Notes under the pieces: generated by a model | The model's input: the letters and a program-made list of their open reading frames with translations, nothing else | Told to the model about the DNA's origin: nothing | Database searches by the model: none | In this document: in pieces, positions 60,544-64,000 of the stretch | Layout of the letters: every line of letters starts with the position of its first letter | How positions within the stretch are numbered: position 1 is the stretch's first letter | Translations under genes and position numbers: made by a program | Source of the DNA: an uncultured Rhodospirillaceae bacterium | Lineage (GTDB): Bacteria; Pseudomonadota; Alphaproteobacteria; UBA2966 | Assembly: GCA_964528595.1 (NCBI GenBank) | Contig: CAZGTM010000011.1 | Location: forward strand, 3,061 to 67,060 | Reading direction: 5' to 3' | Length of the DNA stretch: 64,000 nt

Positions 60544-61134
60544 CCCGGCCAGATCATAAAGCAGTAGGCTGCTCCCGGCGCCCGGGGCGTCGGCGAGCTG
60601 CATGCCGGCGATCACCGGCTCGGCCAGCTGGCGATAGATCAGGGGGCCGAGGAAGAGCGAGAGAAAGTCGGAAAACTCAAGCCTCGACAATCGGCCTTCG
60701 GGGCTTTCGTCCCGGGCCGCGTGAAAAAGTTCTTCAAGATGGGCGACGAAAAACCTGAGCGGCCAGACGTGCGCGGCGTCGGCGTTCGTCTCTCCGATCC
60801 GGTCAATCATGTCGCGCATCACGAGGCGCAGCGACGGCGGCCGGCGCTTGGCCCAGGCTTCGATCCGGATGGCGATGCCGAGGAGTTCCGCCTTCGCCGA
60901 TCCGCCTTCGCTTGCCGAAACCACTTCCCGCAATTCCGCCGCGACCTCTTCGAGCACGGCGGCGTAGAGTTTTTCCTTGGACGGATAGTGGTGCAGCAGG
61001 GAAGCCTTCGAGAGACCCACGACGCCGCAGATATCGGCCAGCGAGGTGGCCGCGAACCCCTTGTCGGCGATCATGCGCCAGGCGACATCGAGGATTTCTC
61101 CCTTGGTGTCGCGTCCCGCCGCCGGCCTGGCCAT
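60514..61134 (-). CDS. TetR family regulator
   Basis: GFAATSLADI...LSKASLLHHYPSKEKLY; 3' end overlaps the convergent gene by 30 nt. Confidence 0.9.
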   Translation of the reverse strand: MARPAAGRDTKGEILDVAWRMIADKGFAATSLADICGVVGLSKASLLHHYPSKEKLYAAVLEEVAAELREVVSASEGGSAKAELLGIAIRIEAWAKRRPPSLRLVMRDMIDRIGETNADAAHVWPLRFFVAHLEELFHAARDESPEGRLSRLEFSDFLSLFLGPLIYRQLAEPVIAGMQLADAPGAGSSLLLYDLAGLLSVGSELG

Positions 61135-61165
61135 GGCGTCCTTCCTCCCCGTGATCCGGTCCGAC

Positions 61166-62071
61166 CTACGGTGAGGCCGCCGCCCGCCGCCGGGGCTTCT
61201 TGCCGGCCGGCGCCTGGCTGTAGTCGCCGAACGGGCCGTCCCGCTCCGCCACGGCCTGTTGCACGCCGCCGTCCATGGCGCTGCGCACGAAATCCCGGCC
61301 TTCCGGTGTGTTGCGCATGATGCCGTCGAGGATGGGCCCCAGCGTCTGGGTCGACTGAAGGCCCATGTTGTCGAAAGCCTGGTTGACGATGAGCTTCATG
61401 GCGGCCAGTTGGGTGACCGGAATACGCGCCATGCGCTCGGCAAAATAGCGGACCCGGTCGTCGAGATCTTCCAGCGGCACGGCATCGTTGATCAGGCCGA
61501 TTTCCGCCGCCTCGGCGCCTGAGATGCTGTCCCCCATCAGGGCATAGTGCTTCGCCTTGGTCAGCCCCAGCCGGTAGATCCACATGCCCGTCAGGTGGCA
61601 GCCCCAGACCCGCGAATACGGCGTGCCCAGGCAGGCGTCGTCGGCCGCCACGATATAATCGGCGCACAAGGCCATTTCCGAACCGCCGCCGACGCAATAA
61701 CCCTGGACCTTGGCGATTACCGGCTTGGGGCTGCGCCAGATCGACATGAACTTGGGCACGGGGCCGACGAACGGACTGGTCGCCATCATCATGTCGAGGC
61801 CGGGATCGTAGTTTTCCGGCTTCATGTTGAGGCCCCAGACCTCGAAGTGCTCGAGATCGTCGGAAAAATCGAAGCCGGCGCAAAACGAATCGCCCTCGCC
61901 CTCAAGCACGATAACCCGGACCTCGGGATCGAGGTTGGCCACGCCCAGGGCATGGTGGAGTTCCTCGGGCATCGGCGGCTTGATGGTGTTGAACTTTTCC
62001 GGCCGCGTGAACGTTATCGTCGCGATCGCGCCTTCGGTGCCATAGCTCAGCATCGTGTATTCCATCATCAC
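61166..62071 (-). CDS. Crotonase/enoyl-CoA hydratase family protein
   Basis: RPEKFN, FCAGFD, KPVIAKVQGYCVGGGSE, AAEIGLIN. Confidence 0.9.
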   Translation of the reverse strand: MMMEYTMLSYGTEGAIATITFTRPEKFNTIKPPMPEELHHALGVANLDPEVRVIVLEGEGDSFCAGFDFSDDLEHFEVWGLNMKPENYDPGLDMMMATSPFVGPVPKFMSIWRSPKPVIAKVQGYCVGGGSEMALCADYIVAADDACLGTPYSRVWGCHLTGMWIYRLGLTKAKHYALMGDSISGAEAAEIGLINDAVPLEDLDDRVRYFAERMARIPVTQLAAMKLIVNQAFDNMGLQSTQTLGPILDGIMRNTPEGRDFVRSAMDGGVQQAVAERDGPFGDYSQAPAGKKPRRRAAASP

Positions 62072-62110
62072 CTCCCACTCGGCATAACTAACTGTTAATT
62101 CAGGGCTAAT

Positions 62111-62138
62111 AATCTACCGACCGATCGGTAGATGTCAA
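62111..62138 (-). promoter_or_regulatory. Sigma70-like promoter overlapped by a TetR-type operator
   Basis: Minus strand TTGACA-N16-TAGATT; perfect inverted repeat ATCTACCGA-ccga-TCGGTAGAT (62112-62133) covering the spacer and -10. Confidence 0.75.
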
Positions 62139-62154
62139 GGCAAAGCGAGGCGGA

Positions 62155-63816
62155 TCAGGCCCGCGACGCCGAATTTCCTTCGAGATCGACGCGCACGCCG
62201 TAGTCCTCAAGCGCGCCCGCGACGCTGACGGCGCGGCGCTGTACGTCCGCCAGCACCCGCGCCGGTAGCCGGTCGGCGGGGTCGCCGTAACCGCCGCCGC
62301 CGGCCTCAAAGACCGTCAGCGTCGAGCCTGCCTCGAGGACGATGCGGCCCTTGGGCGGAATGGGCTCCCCGTTGATCTCGAAGCGCCGCGGCGCGCCGGG
62401 CCGGCCGCCCAGAAAACCGCGGGCGGGAAATTCGGTGCGCATGCCGAACATGAAGATGGTCTTGGCCTGGCCGCTGGTGTTGGTCATTTCGGCGACCTGG
62501 CCGAGGCCGCCGCGGAATTCGCCGGCGCCGCCGGAATCGGGCAACAGCTGGCGCCGCACGACGGTCATGCCGGTCTCGTTCTCCCAGACCTCGCTGGCGA
62601 CCACGGCGTTGTTGGTCGGCGACGGCGTCGTGTTGTGGCCGTCCAGTCCGGCCATGGCGCCGAGACCGCCTGCCAGGAAATATTGCACCGAGGCGGCCTC
62701 GCCGCCCTTGCCCTCGGCGTGAACGATGAAAAGCGAGGCCATGCCGGCGTCGGCCTGGACGCGGTCGGGTATGGCGTCGGCCAGGGCGCCCATGATCAGG
62801 GGCACGATGTACCAGCCGACGGAGTGCCGCCCGCCCGTCGGGGAGGGGCGCCGGGCGTCGAGGATGCAGCCCTCGGGCGCGCTCACCTCGATGGGCAAGG
62901 TGGCGCCCTCGTTGTTGGGAATGCCCGGCGTGGTCAGACATTTAATGGTGTAGGCCGTGAACGCCCGCGTATAGCACATTGGCACGTTGACGGCGTAGGG
63001 CGAGGACGGCCCGGTGCCGGCGAAATCGACATCGACCGAACCGCCCTTGACGGTGACGGTACAGGTGAGCTCCGTCGCGTCGCCGACGGTCTCGACGCCG
63101 ATGCGGTTGCTGTAGACGCCGTCGGGGATATCCTCGATGCGGCCGCGGATGGCTTGTTCCGAATTGTCGATGACGCCGTCGGCCAGCTCGGCGAGGTCGT
63201 CGAGGCCGTATTCCGCCATCAATTCCAGCAGCAGGCGTTCGCCCACCGTACAGCCCGAAACGTTGGCCAGCAGATCGCCGAACACCAGGTCAGCGCCGCG
63301 AACGTTGGCGCCGATCAGGTCGTGCAGCTGGCGGTCGGGCTCGCCTGCGTTGTAAAGCTTGCAGACCGGCAGGATCAGGCCTTCCTGGTAGATCTCGGTG
63401 TTGTGGGCCGAGAGGCCGACGCCGCCGACATCTGGCAGGTGGGAGATCGTCATGACGAAACCCACCAGCCTGTCGCCGCTGAAGACCGCGCGGGCGACGC
63501 AGATATCCGGCGTGTGGCCGGTGCCGAGCCAGGGGTCGTTGGTGACGACGACGTCGCCCGGCCGCCATTCCTCGACGGGGAAGCGGGCCAGCATGTGCTT
63601 CATGGTGAAGGGCGCGGTGCCGATGAAGGCCGGCATGGAAAGCGTCGCCTGGCCGATCGAACGGCCTTGGGCGTCGAACACGACGCAGGCGGCGTCCCAG
63701 GCTTCGCGCACGCCGACCGAGAAGGCAGTACGGACGATGGAGATCAGCACTTCGTCGGTGATGGCCGTCAAACGGTCCCACATGATGCCGAGGTCGACGG
63801 CGTCGATCTTCCTCAT
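62155..63816 (-). CDS. Hydantoinase B / oxoprolinase family subunit
   Basis: RTAFS, TNDPWLGTGHTPD, HLPDVGG, EIYQEGL, DSGGAGEFRGG, GGGGYGDP. Confidence 0.92.
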   Translation of the reverse strand: MRKIDAVDLGIMWDRLTAITDEVLISIVRTAFSVGVREAWDAACVVFDAQGRSIGQATLSMPAFIGTAPFTMKHMLARFPVEEWRPGDVVVTNDPWLGTGHTPDICVARAVFSGDRLVGFVMTISHLPDVGGVGLSAHNTEIYQEGLILPVCKLYNAGEPDRQLHDLIGANVRGADLVFGDLLANVSGCTVGERLLLELMAEYGLDDLAELADGVIDNSEQAIRGRIEDIPDGVYSNRIGVETVGDATELTCTVTVKGGSVDVDFAGTGPSSPYAVNVPMCYTRAFTAYTIKCLTTPGIPNNEGATLPIEVSAPEGCILDARRPSPTGGRHSVGWYIVPLIMGALADAIPDRVQADAGMASLFIVHAEGKGGEAASVQYFLAGGLGAMAGLDGHNTTPSPTNNAVVASEVWENETGMTVVRRQLLPDSGGAGEFRGGLGQVAEMTNTSGQAKTIFMFGMRTEFPARGFLGGRPGAPRRFEINGEPIPPKGRIVLEAGSTLTVFEAGGGGYGDPADRLPARVLADVQRRAVSVAGALEDYGVRVDLEGNSASRA

Positions 63817-64000
63817 GCCCGGTCTCCCTCCGTTGCGGATCCGGCGATGCTGACGATCAGGTTGCCGTGGTCGTCGACCACCACCTCGTCGCCGTCGCCC
63901 ACGACATAGGTCGATTCTCGCTCCTCCACCAGCGCCGGGCCGATGAAGCGGTCGCCCGGGTTGAGGGCGTAGCGGTCGTAGACCGGGCAGTCGCTGAATT
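63813..64000 (-). CDS. Hydantoinase A / oxoprolinase subunit, C-terminal fragment (truncated by window end)
   Basis: Manual translation FSDCPVYDRYALNPGDRFIGPALVEERESTYVVGDGDEVVVDDHGNLIVSIAGSATEGDRA*; ATGA overlap with the B subunit. Confidence 0.85.
   Translation of the reverse strand, partial: FSDCPVYDRYALNPGDRFIGPALVEERESTYVVGDGDEVVVDDHGNLIVSIAGSATEGDRA

Overview
GC-rich, gene-dense alphaproteobacterial DNA (Rhodospirillales-like by gene content; taxonomy is inference). No rRNA, tRNA, CRISPR array or transposase was recognised. From left to right: regBA; a degenerate EAL-like protein; a PPP phosphatase; gmhA-hldE-hldD; mmcB and a Ni/Co transporter. Next is a ~22 kb nitrite/NO respiration island (about 7.8-29.9 kb). 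It holds a non-canonical heme-copper enzyme whose active-site Tyr is replaced by Gln (H-S-A-Q-Q, eNOR-type NO reductase), co-transcribed with heme o synthase, SCO, a Rieske-less cytochrome b fused to two [4Fe-4S] motifs and an MvhD/FlpD-like domain, and an unknown membrane-anchored protein. The island also carries two tandem DNR/NnrR-type regulators, nnrS, nirI-nirX and a complete nirS-nirECF(DL)GHJN cluster, tied together by six FNR/DNR-type boxes and two RegA-type boxes. The right half holds an AKR plus beta-decarboxylating dehydrogenase, TetR/LplT-PlsC, a DUF427-nucleotidyl cyclase fusion, a diguanylate cyclase, a CoA-transferase/3-sulfinopropionyl-CoA desulfinase/ThDP-enzyme operon, a passenger-less autotransporter barrel with a two-component system, a split hut cluster with three extra genes behind hutH, and the end of a hydantoinase/oxoprolinase operon. 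The best candidate for an undescribed system is the cytochrome b-FeS-MvhD module attached to the eNOR-type enzyme. All calls come from motif reading by eye; no database search was run.
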